Positions 11,469-24,190 of a DNA stretch of 64,000 nucleotides are shown here, in pieces. The notes under the pieces are model-generated. The model made no database searches. It was not told the DNA's origin and saw nothing but the letters and a program-made list of their open reading frames with translations. Each line of letters opens with the position of its first letter. The stretch's first letter is position 1. Origin of the DNA: Macrostomum lignano (lineage: Eukaryota); NCBI GenBank assembly GCA_002269645.1, contig NIVC01002655.1:62001-126000 (forward strand), read 5' to 3'. The translations under genes were made by a program, and so were the position numbers.

Positions 11469-14400
11469 GCCAGCCTAACATTTCGAGACCGACAATTCTA
11501 CCTGAATGGGGTGAAGTTTCAAATTCTATCTGGAGCAATTCATTACTTCCGCGTGCCACAGGATTATTGGCGTGATAGGCTGCTCAAGCTGAAGGCAGCC
11601 GGTTTCAATACTGTAGAGACGTGAGTTACTCTGTCTGTAATCAATTCTGTTTATACCTATATTGTGTTTGTTTGTTTGAACACAGTCTGTGTCTTTATTT
11701 GCGCATGAAATTGTTTTTTTTTTCAATTAGCTACGCACCTTGGAATCTACACGAGGATACTAAAGGCAACTTCAATTTCAATGGCATGCTCAATGTCAGG
11801 TTAGTTAGTCCATTAATACTCTTGCGTAGCCATCTAATTGGTATATAACTATGATATTCACACTGGTGAAGAAGGACAGCACTAGTGAGGCAGGGTCTCA
11901 GAGGCTGATTGTGAGGTTGTGCCATAGCTCTATTCCTGTAGGGATGGTGGTAGAGTCGGAGAGAGAGAGAGTGGGGGAGTCATAGAATAGAGAGGGAGAG
12001 GTAGATTCATAGAATGGAAGGTATTGCTGTAGGAGGGAGAGGTAGAGCAGTAGGAGGGAGAGGTAGAGCAGTAGAAGGGAGAGGTAGAGCAGTAGAAGGG
12101 AGAGGTAGAGCAGTAGAAGGGAGAGGTAGAGCAGTAGAAGGGAGAGGTAGAGCAGTAGAAGGGAGAGGTAGAGCAGTAGAAGTGAGTGGTAGAGCAGTAG
12201 AAGTGAGTGGCAGAGCAGTAGAAGGGAGAGGTAGAGCAGTAGAAGGGAGAGGTAGAGCAGTAGAACGGAGTGGCAGAGCAGTAAAAGGGAGAGGTAGAGC
12301 AGTAGGAGGTATCGAGAGTTTAGGGGCTGGGCGACGGGAACTGAGATCTGACGCAATGCATTTTGAAGGGCATTTTATCAAAGTTGAGCTAATGCATGCG
12401 TTCCGTTCGATAAAAAAATTGTAGAAAATTTTTCAAGCTGGCCCAGGAGCTGGGGCTCTACGTAATTTTCAGGCCGGGCCCGTTTATCTGCTCCGAGTGG
12501 GAGTTCGGCGGCATGCCCGGGTCAGTAATTCTCTGCCTTTTGCTTGTATTCTTTGTACTCTAGGGGGTGAGATTTCGATTTCTATGTACTCATAGATGTG
12601 AGATTTGGATTTCTATGTTCGCAAGGATGAGATTTCATTTTATTTGTACTCATAAGGTAAGATTTAATTTTCTATGTACTCTAGGGATGAGATTTCGATT
12701 TCTATGTACTCTAGGGGTGAGATTTCGATTTCTATGTACTCTAGAGGTGAGATTTCGATTTCTATGTTCGCAAGGATGAGATTTCATTTTCTTTGTACTC
12801 ATAAGGGTGAGATTTCGATTTCTATGTACTCTAGGGGTGAGATTTCGATTTCTATGTACTCTAGGGGTGAGATTTCGATTTCTATGTACTCTAGGGGTGG
12901 GATTTCGATTTCTATGTACTCATAGGGATGAGATTTCGATTTCTATGTACTCTAGGGGTGAGATTTCGATTCCTATGTACTCTAGGGGTGAGATTTCGAT
13001 TTCTATGTACTCTAGGGGTGAGATTTCGATTCCTATGTACTCTAGGGGTGTATTTCGATTTATATGTACTCTAGGGGTGAGCTCTACCATAGGAGGCTGT
13101 GATAGTTTTTCTCTAAGCATAGAGAGGCCAAAATTTTGACGCATTCTTATTGATATCATTCGACTCCATTCTCCTGCAACCGCAGGTGGCTCCTGTCCGA
13201 TCCGAACATGCGAGTCCGCAGCATGTACATGGGATTCACGCAGGCCGCCGAGGACTACCTCAGAGTGGTCATCAACGAGGTTGCCGACCTGCAGATGAGC
13301 CGCGGCGGGCCAATCATTGCCTTTCAGGTTTGCTTTTAGTGTTGGCTTTTGCTCACCCGCTCACTCACTGACACTCTTTCACTCGCTCGCTCACTCACTG
13401 ACACTTTCACTCGCTCACTCACTCACTCACACTCATTCACTCGCTCACTCACTCATTCACTCACTCACTCACTCACTCACTTACTCACTCACTCACTCGC
13501 TCACTCATTCACTCACTCACTCACTGACACTCATTCACTCACTCACTCACTTACTCATTCATTCAATCATTCACTCATTTACTCTCTCGCTTACTCACTC
13601 ACTCACTCACTCACTCACTCACTCACTCACTCACTCACTCACTCACTCACTCACTCACTCACTCACTCACTCACTCACTCTTTCGCTCACTCGCTCGCTC
13701 ACTCACTCACTCACTCACTCACTCACTCACTCACTCACTCACTCACTCACTCACTCACTGACATTCATTCACTCAGGTGGAGAACGAGTACGGCAGCTAC
13801 GGCGACAACGGCCGCTACCTGCAGCACCTGGCAGACTCGATGCGCCGCAGCGGTGTAGTGGAAGCCCTGTTTACCAGCGACGGCGACGAAGGCATCCGGC
13901 ACGCCAAGCCGTTGGCCGGGGCGTTCGCCGGCATCAACTACAACAGCAAGGCGCATGCCAAGTGGCTGCAGTCCATTGTCAAAGGCTGGAACCCCAATTT
14001 GCCAATATTTGCTACCGAACTGTGGACTGGCTGGTTCCTGCCCTGGGGAGCCAAGGATAAGAATCAGGTTAGTCTTCTAAATTTGTTGCGTCGCAGATTT
14101 TTTGGCCATTTGAACTTTTGAAGGTCCTTGGGTGTCACTGGGCGGTTAGCCCAAGGGTCACGTGATGGTTAGTTTAAAGGTCAAGTAATGGTTAGTTTAA
14201 AGATCATGTGACGGTTAGTTTGAAGGTCATGAGCCGGTTAGTTTAAAGGTCAAGTAACGGTTAGTTTAAAGGTCATGGGAAGGTTAGTTTGAAGGTCACG
14301 AGCCGGTTAGTTTAAAGGTCAAGTAACGGTTAGTTTAAAGGTCATGGGAAGGTTAGTTTGAAGGTCACGAGCCGGTTAGTTTAAAGGTCAAGTAACGGTT

Positions 14401-17400
14401 AGTTTAAAGGTCATGGGAAGGTTAGTTTGAAGGTCACGTGATCGTTAGATTAAAGGTCAAGTGACGGTTATTTTGAATGTCGAGTGACGGTTAGTTTAAA
14501 GGTCACGTGAAGGTTTTTTTTATTAGAGGCAGCGGGGTTGTGTGCACCCTGGCGCACTTTAAGCGACATAGGCACACAACCGGCGAGAGGCATTACTGCC
14601 CATTCCGCCGACTCCCCTGAGCAGGCATACAAGCGCGCGGATACGTACGCAGGCACACGCTCACACAGGAGTGTACAGCGGCCCTAACTTTTATTATCGT
14701 TAGGCATGTACACTTCACTGCGCCTTGGGGGGTTGGCTCTCAAGGCCGTTAATTGCACGAGCAGAGCCAAGCCGAGATTCCAATTCAGCCCCAAATTAAT
14801 GTGACTGCACTTGGAATCGAGCCTGGGTCGCTGGCACACCAGAGCAGCTGCGCTACCGCTGGGCTACGGCCCCCTTCACGTGAAGGTTAGGTTGAAACCT
14901 ACATGACGGTTGGTTTAGAGGACACGCGACAGTTAAAAGGTCTAGTGGCGGTTTTTCAGGATCGCTCTCCATATCACATGGCTGTCACTTAAAAGATCAC
15001 ATGCCGGTCATTGACTAATCACCAACATCGCACCCCATCATCGCAGGTGATCAGCCTGCCAGACCTGGTAGACTCGGTCACCAGCCTGCTAGACCAGGGC
15101 GCCAGCATCAATCTGTACATGTTCCACGGCGGCACCAATTTCGGTTTCATGAACGGCTACAACGGCATCACCGGATCGCCGCTAATCACCAGCTACGATT
15201 ATGACGCCCCGCTGAGCGAGAACGGGCAGCCAACTGAAAAATATCACCGAATTCGCGAGCTCATGCTGGCCAGGCTGTCTAAAACTGCCGTGAAAAGCTT
15301 GCCGGATATACCGGCCCCGATTCCTACTAAAGACTACGGTGAGGCATATAGGGTCAATTGGGGCCAATAGGGGTCATTCTGGTCAATAATCAAACTAATG
15401 AACCTAAAATTGCTTTTATCCAAAAAATGCTTCTTTTTAAAAAATCTTTGTTATAATGTTTCAAAATTTCCGGGTTTTTATTTTATATAACAAAAAACAA
15501 AAGTTATTAACAGGCGTAAAAATTATAATTGAAAAATCATTGAAAAATTATACAGGAAAAACTTGTCCGAAATAACACCTGACCGAAATTATACCTGACC
15601 GAAATTACATCTGACCGAAATTATACCTGACCGAAATTACACCTGACCGAGATCACACCTGACCGAAATTACCCCTGACCAAAATCACACCTGACCGAAA
15701 TTACCCCTGACCCAAATTACACCTGACCGAGATCACACCTGACCGAAATTACATCTGACCGAAATTATACCTGACCGAAATTACACCTGACCGAGATCAC
15801 ACCTGACCGAAATTACCCCTGACCAAAATCACACCTGACCGAAATTACCCCTGACCCAAATTACACCTGACCGAGATCACACCTGACCGAATTTACATCT
15901 GACCGAAATTATACCTGACCGAAATTACACCTGACCGAGATCACACCTGACCGAAATTACCCCTGACCAAAATCACACCTGACCGAAATTACCCCTGACC
16001 AAAATTACCCCTGACCAAAATCACACCTGACCGAAATTACCCCTGACCCAAATTACACCTGACCGAGATCACACCTGACCGAAATTACCCCTGACCAAAA
16101 TCACACCTGACCGAAATTACCCCTGACCCAAATTACACCTGACCGAGATCACACCTGACCGAAATTACCCCTGACCAAAATTATACCTGACCGAAATTAC
16201 CCCTGACCCAAATTACACCTGACCGAGATCACACCTGACCGAAATTACCCCTGACCAAAATCACACCTGACCGAAATTACCCCTGACCCAAATTACACCT
16301 GACCGAGATCACACCTGACCGAAATTACACCTGACCGAGATCACACCAGACCGAAATTACACCTGACCGAAATTACACCTGACCGAAATTACATCTGACC
16401 GAGATCACACCTGACCGAAATTACACCTGACCGAGATCACACCTGACCGAAATTACACCTGACCGAAATTACACCTGACCCAAATTACACCTGACCGAGA
16501 TCACACCTGACCGAAATTACCCCTGACCAAAATCACACCTGACCGAAATTACCCCTGACCGAAATTACACCTGACCGAGATCACACCTGACCGAAATTAC
16601 CCCTGACCAAAATCACACCTGACCGAAATTACCCCTGACCCAAATTACACCTGACCGAGATCACACCTGACCGAAATTACCCCTGACCAAAATCACACCT
16701 GACCGAAATTACCCCTGACCCAAATTACACCTGACCGAGATCACACCTGACCGAAATTGCCCCTGACCAAATTAAACCTTACCGAAATCACACCTGACTG
16801 AAATTACACATGACGAAAATCACTCCTGACCGAAATTACAACTGACCGAAATCACTCCTGACTAAAGTTACTCCAAGTTTGGATAAAAATCTTCACTGCT
16901 TAATAAGATATCTGACATTTCAGGTAGTTGGCCAGTGAAATGGACCATGCACTGGGACAAACTTGTTGAAATGGTCGATGTAAGTTTGTCTATTGTGTAC
17001 AAGTCACTTTTTTAATCCTATTGTGCGATTATACGTATTTATAAACTTGCCTTCTTTTAGAAGACAACAATGTCCGAGACTCTAAAGTTCATGGAGGAGG
17101 TGCACCAGAACTACGGCTTTATTCTGTACCGGTCCGCTTTTGAGTCCGCTAAGAACCTCACTATTTTTGGCCACGTTGCTGACAGGGCTCAGGTATGGCT
17201 GATTTATTATAGCTCTCTTTTGAATGTCCTGGGGAATCTATTGAGAATCCTAGGGGAATCTATTGAGAATCCTGTGGGGATCTATTGAGAATCATGTGGG
17301 GACCTATTGATAATCCTGTGGGGATCTATTGATGATCCTGTGGGGATCTATTAAGAATCATGTGGGAATCTACTGAGAATCCTGTGGTGATCCATTGATA

Positions 17401-20400
17401 ATCCTGTGGGGATCTATTGATGATCCTGTGGGGATCTATTGGTAATCCTGTGGGGATCTATTGATGATCCTGTGGGGATCTATTGGTAATCCTGTGGGAT
17501 CTATTGATAATCCTATGGGGATCTATTGATAATCCTGTGGAGATCTATGGCTAATCCTGTGGGGATCTATTGATAATCCTGTGGAGATCTATTGATAATC
17601 CTGTGGGGATCTATTGGTAATCCTGTGGGGATCTATTGATAATCCTGTGGGGATCTATTGATAATCCTGTGGAGATCTATGGCTAATCCTGTGGGGATCT
17701 ATTGATAATCCTGTGGAGATCTATTGATAATCCTGTGGGGATCTATTGGTAATCCTGTGGGGATCTATTGATAATCCTGTGGGGATCTATTGATAATCCT
17801 GTGGGGATCTATTGAGAATCCTGTGGGGATCTATTGATAATCCTGTGAAGATCTATTGATAATCCTGTGGGGATCTATTGGTAATCCTGTAGGGATCTAT
17901 TGATAATCCTGTGGGGATCTATTGATGATCCTGTGGGGATCTATTGGTAATCCTGAGGGGATCTATTGAGAATCCTGTGGGGATCTATTGATAATCCTAT
18001 GGGGATCTATTGATAATCCTGTGGGGATCTATTGATGATCCTGTGGGGATCTATTGATAATCCTATGGGGATCTATTGGTAATCTTATAGAGATCTATTA
18101 AGAATCCTGTGGGGATCTATTAGTAATCCTAGGGGATCCATTGAGAATCCTGTGGGGATCTATGGCTAATCCTGTGGGGATCTATTGATAATCCTGTGGA
18201 GATCTATTGATAATCCTGTGGGGATCTATTGGTAATCCTGTGGGGATCTATTGATAATCCTGTGGGGATCTATTGATAATCCTGTGGGGATCTATTGAGA
18301 ATCCTGTGGGGATCTATTGATAATCCTGTGAAGATCTATTGATAATCCTGTGGGGATCTATTGGTAATCCTGTAGGGATCTATTGATAATCCTGTGGGGA
18401 TCTATTGATGATCCTGTGGGGATCTATTGTAATCCTGAGGGGATCTATTGAGAATCCTGTGGGGATCTATTGATAATCCTATGGGGATCTATTGATAATC
18501 CTGTGGGGATCTATTGATGATCCTGTGGGGATCTATTGATAATCCTATGGGGATCTATTGGTAATCTTATAGAGATCTATTAAGAATCCTGTGGGATCTA
18601 TTAGTAATCCTAGGGGATCTATTGATAATCCTGTGGGGATCTATTGATAATCCTGTTGGGATCTATTGATAATCCTGTTGGGATCTATTGATAATCCTGT
18701 GGGGATCTATTGATAATCCTGTTGGGATCCATTGAGAATCCTGTGGGGAATCTATTGATAATCCTGTTGGGATCCATTGAGAATCCTGTGAGGGATCTAT
18801 TGATAATCCTGGGACAGTTGAGGCCTCTACTTAAGTCTTTGGATTTGGAGTTATTAAAAAATGAAATACAGCAGCATCGCACTGGCATGTCTGTCAATCA
18901 CACGCAGGTGCTCGTCAACGGTGCTCCTATCGACCCGGCCGACCCCATGTCCGGAGTGGTGTACCACCCGCTGCCTGAGGCCGCCCCGCCTGTCACCCAC
19001 CTCAGCCTGGCCAAGTCGCTACCCAGCCGCAAAGCTGCTGCCGCCGCTGTCGCCGATCAAGCAGCATCCTCGTCTTCCAGCGTCCTCGACGTCCTTGTTG
19101 AAAACCTCGGCCGGTGAACTACGCCACCTTCCAGTCAAGTTCGTTTAATCGCCAACGCAAAGGCGTGTCTGCGGCGGTGCCGGCGGCTTCGAGCAAGTCG
19201 TCGCCAGGCGTGCAATCGCCGGGCCAGCTGGCCCTGGACGGCCGGCCGCTTCGCAGCTACAAGATTGTCTCGTTGGACTTTCGCAAGCCGTTCCTGGCCA
19301 AACTGCTGGGTAGCAACGAGGCCTGGAAACCCGTGCGCAAGCCGCCCGTCCCGCCTAAGGTTCCAGTCGCCACTGCCAACGGCACAGCCGGAGCTCCCGC
19401 CACCGCGGCGCCCGCCGTCTCCCCCGGCCCCAGTCTGCACCGTGTCCTGCTAGACATCGGCGCCGATGAGCTGCCGCGTGACACCTTCGTCGACATGTCG
19501 GACTGGGTCAAGGGCGTCGTGTTCGTCAACGGGGAGAACATCGGCCGGTACTGGAATGTCGGCCCGCAGAAGACTCTGTACCTGCCGGCTCCGTTTCTGC
19601 GCTCGGGACAGAACGAGGTGATTGATAACTTCTAGGAGAGGATTGGAATTCTCCTGCATTCTGTCCCAGATCCTTTTGTTTCCTCTTTGCTGCTTGTTCT
19701 TCTGTTCCTCCTATCTCTGTCTCTCTCTCTCTCCCTACATATCATCTCTTCTCGCTCTCTATCTGCGATTCATCTCCCCCCTATTTACCTCTGCCTATCT
19801 GCTCTCTCCCCTCTATCCTGCTCTCTCCCCTCTCTGCCCTGCTCTCTCCCCTCTATCCTGCTCTCTCTCCTCTCTGCCCTGCTCTCTCCCCTCTCTGCCC
19901 TGCTCTCTCCCCTCTCTGCCCTGCTCTCTCCCCTCTCTGCCCTGCTCTCTCCCCTCTCTGCCCTGCTCTCTCCCCTCTCTGCCCTGCTCTCTCCCCTCTA
20001 TGCCCTGCTCTCTCCCCTCTCTGCCCTGCTCTCTCCCCTCTCTGCCCTGCTCTCTCCCTCTATCCTGCTCTCTCCCCTCTATCCTGCTCTCTCCCCTCTC
20101 TGCCCTGCTCTCTCCCCTCTATCCTGCTCTCTCCCCTCTCTGCCCTGCTCTCTCCCCTCTATGCCCTGCTCTCTCCCTCTCTGCCCTGCTCTCTCCCCTC
20201 TCTGCCCTGCTCTCTCCCCTCTCTGCCCTGCTCTCTCCCCTCTATGCCCTGCTCTCTCCCCTCTCTGCCCTGCTCTCTCCCCTCTCTGCCCTGCTCTCTC
20301 CCCTCTATGCCCTGCTCTCTCCCCTCTATCCTGCTCTCTCCCCTCTCTGCCCTGCTCTCTCCCCTCTCTGCCCTGCTCTCTCCCCTCTCTGCCCTGCTCT

Positions 20401-23005
20401 CTCCCCTCTCTGCCCTGCTCTCTCCCCTCTATGCCCTGCTCTCTCCCCTCTGCCCTGCTCTCTCCCCTCTCTGCCCTGCTCTCTCCCCTCTCTGCCCTGC
20501 TCTCTCCCCTCTCTGCCCTGCTCTCTCCCCTCTCTGCCCTGCTCTCTCCCCTCTCTGCCCTGCTCTCTCCCCTCTCTGCCCTGCTCTCTCCCCTCTCTGC
20601 CCTGCTCTCTCCCCTCTCTGCCCTCCTCTCTCCCCTCTATGCCCTGCTCTCTCCCCTCTATCCTGCTCTCTCCCCTCTCTACCCTGCTCTCTCCCCTCTC
20701 TGCCCTGCTCTCTCCCCTCTCTGCCCTGCTCTCTCCCCTCTCTGCCCTGCTCTCTCCCCTCTCTGCCCTGCTCTCTCCCCTCTCTGCCCTGCTCTCTCCC
20801 CTCTATGCCCTGCTCTCTCCCCTCTCTGCCCTGCTCTCTCCCCTCTATGCCCTGCTCTCTCCCCTCTCTGCCCTGCTCTCTCCCCTCTATGCCCTGCTCT
20901 CTCCCCTCTCTACCCTGCTCTCTCCCCTCTCTGCCCTGCTCTCTCCCCTCTCTGCCCTGCTCTCTCCCCTCTATCCTGCTCTCTCCCCTCTCTGCCCTGC
21001 TCTCTCCCTCTCTGCCCTGCTCTCTCCCCTCTCTGCCCTGCTCTCTCCCCTCTACCCTGCTCTCTCCCCTCTCTGCCCTGCTGTCTCCCCTCTCTACCCT
21101 GCTCTCTCCCCTCTCTACCCTGCTCTCTCCCCTCTCTACCCTGCTCTCTCCCCTCTCTACCCTGCTCTCTCCCATCTATCCTGCTCTCTCCCCTCTCTAC
21201 CCTGCTCTCTCCCCTCTCTACCCTGCTCTCTCCCATCTATCCTGCTCTCTCCCCTCTCTGCCCTGCTCTCTCCCCTCTCTTCCCTGCTCTCTCACCTCTC
21301 TACCCTGCTCTCTCCCCTCTCTACCCTGCTCTCTCCCCTCTCTACCCTGCTCTCTCCCCTCTATCCTGCTCTCTCCCCTCTCTACCCTGCTCTCTCCCCT
21401 CTCTACCCTGCTCTCTCCCCTCTATCCTGCTCTCTCCCCTCTCTGCCCTGCTCTCTCCCCTCTATCCTGCTCTCTCCCCTCTCTGCCCTGCTCTTTCCCC
21501 TCTCTACCCTGCTCTCTCCCCTCTCTTCCCTGCTCTCTCACCTCTATCCTGCTCTCTCCCCTCTCTACCCTGCTCTCTCCCCTCTCTGCCCTGCTCTCTC
21601 CCCTCTATCCTGCTCTCTCCCCTCTCTGCCCTGCTCTCTCCCCTCTATCCTGCTCTCTCCCCTCTCTGCCCTGCTCTCTCCCCTCTCTGCCCTCCTCTCT
21701 CCCCTCTATGCCCTGCTCTCTCCCCTCTCTGCCCTGCTCTCTCCCCTCTATGCCCTGCTCTCTCCCTCTCTGCCCTGCTCTCTCCCCTCTCTGCCCTGCT
21801 CTCTCCCCTCTCTGCCCTGCTCTCTCCCCTCTATCCTGCTCTCTCCCCTCTCTGCCCTGCTCTCTCCCCTCTCTGCCCTGCTCTCTCCCCTCTCTGCCCT
21901 GCTCTCTCCCCTCTCTGCCCTGCTCTCTCCCCTCTCTACCCTGCTCTCTCCCCTCTCTACCCTGCTCTCTCCCCTCTCTACCCTGCTCTCTCCCCTCTCT
22001 ACCCTGCTCTCTCCCATCTATCCTGCTCTCTCCCCTCTCTACCCTGCTCTCTCCCCTCTATCCTGCTCTCTCCCCTCTACCCTGCTCTCTCCCCTCTCTG
22101 CCCTGCTCTCTCCCCTCTATCCTGCTCTCTCCCCTCTCTGCCCTGCTCTCTCCCCTCTATCCTGCTCTCTCCCCTCTCTGCCCTGCTCTCTCCCCTCTAT
22201 CCTGCTCTCTCCCCTCTCTGCCCTGCTCTCTCCCCTCTATCCTGCTCTCTCCCCTCTCTGCCCTGCTGTCTCCCCTCTCTGCCCTGCTCTCTCCCCTCTC
22301 TGCCCTGCTCTCTCCCCTCTCTGCCCTGCTCTCTCCCCTCTCTGCCCTGCTCTCTCCCCTCTCTGCCCTGCTCTCTCCCCTCTATCCTGCTCTCTCCCCT
22401 CTCTACCCTGCTCTCTCCCATCTATCCTGCTCTCTCCCCTCTCTACCCTGCTCTCTCCCCTCTCTACCCTGCTCTCTCCCATCTATCCTGCTCTCTCCCC
22501 TCTCTGCCCTGCTCTCTCCCCTCTCTATCCTGCTCTCTCCCCTCTCTGCCCTGCTCTCTCCCCTCTATCCTGCTCTCTGCCCTCTCTGCCCTGCTCTCTC
22601 CCCTCTATCCTGCTCTCTCCCCTCTCTGCCCTGCTCTCTCCCCTCTCTACCCTGCTCTCTCCCCTCTCTGCCCTGCTCTCTCCCCTCTCTACCCTGCTCT
22701 CTCCCCTCTCTGCCCTGCTCTCTCCCCTCTCTGATCTGCTCTCTTCCACCTCCCTTTTTTCCCTCTTTGATATACCTTCCCCTCTTTCCAACCTCATTCC
22801 CATAACAAAGTTCAATGTTAGCATTGGAATTAAGGCAATTAAATAATCACATTAAAAATTGCCCAGTGCACAAAAAAGGCATTTCTTTTAGCACTATTTT
22901 CATGCCCATCCTCTGCAGGTGATGATATTTGAGCTGCATCGGCCGGCGGAAGGCGTCCGTTTTGTCAAATCGGCCAAGTACAGCTTCCCCGGAATCAAGC
23001 GTTGA
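11469..23005 (+). CDS. GLB1L: Beta-galactosidase, glycoside hydrolase family 35 (GLB1/GLB1L family), 10 exons, one apparent frameshift
   Basis: Exons 11469-11620, 11731-11799, 12425-12520, 13186-13327, 13777-14067, 15047-15338, 16924-16979, 17061-17192, 18908-19617, 22919-23005, all GT-AG and phase-consistent. Motifs: [52 protein letters not shown] (acid/base Glu), ELWTGWF (nucleophile region), [49 protein letters not shown]. One G appears missing at 19113-19114. Start codon not found. Exact ortholog uncertain. Confidence 0.95.
12015..12305. repeat. 21-bp purine-rich minisatellite (GTAGAAGGGAGAGGTAGAGCA), GH35 intron 2
   Basis: Read directly. Confidence 0.93.
12560..13080. repeat. 30-bp minisatellite (GGGTGAGATTTCGATTTCTATGTACTCTAG), GH35 intron 3
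   Basis: Read directly, about 17 copies. Confidence 0.93.
13355..13772. repeat. (TCAC)n microsatellite, GH35 intron 4
   Basis: Read directly; runs up to the acceptor at 13776. Confidence 0.95.
14150..14515. repeat. Degenerate ~21-bp minisatellite (GGTTAGTTTAAAGGTCA...), GH35 intron 5
   Basis: Read directly; resumes in degraded form after the SINE at 14876. Confidence 0.85.
14516..14875 (-). mobile_element. tRNA-derived SINE, about 360 bp, with A-rich tail and 13-bp TSD
   Basis: Minus strand begins GGGGCCGTAGCCCAGCGGTAGCGC (A-box) ... GGCTCGATTCC (B-box) and ends AATAAAAAAAA; direct repeat TCACGTGAAGGTT at 14503-14515 and 14876-14888. Confidence 0.85.
15572..16865. repeat. 16-bp minisatellite (CCTGACCGAAATTACA), GH35 intron 6
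   Basis: About 80 units with repeating variant order. Confidence 0.95.
17225..18815. repeat. 22-bp minisatellite (GATAATCCTGTGGGGATCTATT), GH35 intron 8
   Basis: About 70 units. Confidence 0.95.
19795..22740. repeat. 21-bp pyrimidine-rich minisatellite (CCCTGCTCTCTCCCCTCTCTG), GH35 intron 9
   Basis: About 140 units; source of the ~850-1070-aa LLSPLSA/PALSPLC/CSLPSLP pseudo-ORFs. Confidence 0.97.
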
Positions 23006-23266
23006 TTCGGATTTTTTGCGTTTTTTGTTCGATTGCTTGAATTGACTAAGCGGTTTTTTAATTTTGTTTCATCTCATTGCATTCTGTTTTATTTTATTGT
23101 GCCATGCGAAATGTTTCATGTTGAAATTACGTAATAGTAGCAAGTCATTGGTAATCAATTAGCAGTAGTGATTATAGCAAACTCGCTGGTTCATGATGTT
23201 TTTAATTTTTGATTTTTTAAATTATCGTTGCTTATTATTTTCTGTGTGTTACCTAAGTTTATGTCT

Positions 23267-23684
23267 ATGACCAGAAGTCATGGGTATATCAATGACCAGA
23301 AGTCATGGGTATGTCAATGACAAGAAGTCATGGGTATGTCAATGACCAGAAGTCATGGGTATGTCAATGACCAGAAGTCATAGGTATGTCAATGACCAGA
23401 AGTCATGGGTATATCAATGACCAGAAGTCATAGGTATGTCAATGACCAGAAATCATAGGTATGTCAATGACCAGAAGTCATAGGTATGTCAATGACCAGA
23501 AGTCATGGGTATGTCAATGACCAGAAGTCATGGGTATATCAATGACCAGAAGTCATAGGTATGTCAATGACCAGAAATCATAGGTATGTCAATGACCAGA
23601 AGTCATAGGTATGTCAATGACCAGAAGTCATGGGTATGTCAATGACCAGAAGTCATAGGTATATCAATGACCAGAAGTCATGGT
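23267..23684. repeat. 25-bp minisatellite (ATGACCAGAAGTCATGGGTATGTCA), about 17 copies, in the GH35 3' region
   Basis: Read directly; each unit carries the inverted repeat ATGAC-CAGAA-GTCAT. Confidence 0.93.
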
Positions 23685-23744
23685 TGTCTATGTTTGCCTT
23701 TGTTTATGACCATCAATTATTTTGTGCTTTCAGCCTCAAACTGC

Positions 23745-23750
23745 AATAAA
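23745..23750 (+). promoter_or_regulatory. Candidate polyadenylation signal (AATAAA) for the GH35 gene
   Basis: First AATAAA I found downstream of the stop at 23005. Confidence 0.5.
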
Positions 23751-24190
23751 AAGTGTTCATGCCTTCTAACAGATTTCCTACACGTTCTGCTTCTGTATTC
23801 CCGTTGAAGCTTTGCTCTGTATTTTTTTTAACACCAGTGTTTCTTGGTGCTGTCTATTGAATAATAGAAACTTTGTTTTGAAGGCCGATTTTCCCATTGT
23901 TTACCCAGTCTTGCTCTCGAACTCACTAGCGCGAAGTCTAGTGCCATTCTTTTCGTTTCCGTTAGTTCTTAATGCAAATATGATTAATATATTAACTTTG
24001 AAACTGATTGGGCTTGTTTGCGCGTATTTATTTTAATTGTACTGGCAAAATTAAGGAACAGGGTCCTTAGTCGCTTTCACAAGCTCGAAACTTCCTGTTT
24101 TAGAGAATTTTTGCTGAGAAATTTTGCTAGAACTTTGTTTACTATGAGTAGGCAAAGCCAAAATAATATTCTTTTTTCTTAAACCTTCAG

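Noticed and set aside
19114-19117. GTGA stop/start overlap resembling bacterial translational coupling
   Set aside because: It falls inside the conserved GRVNY motif of one eukaryotic exon; better explained as a one-base frameshift.
19622-22846. Three ORFs of 850-1070 aa
   Set aside because: Stop-free translations of a 21-bp CT-rich minisatellite lying inside GH35 intron 9 (donor 19617, acceptor 22918).
11469-23005. Horizontal transfer of a bacterial-type GH35
   Set aside because: Nine canonical introns and motifs shared with animal GLB1-like proteins; nothing in the sequence requires transfer, and a phylogeny would be needed to claim it.
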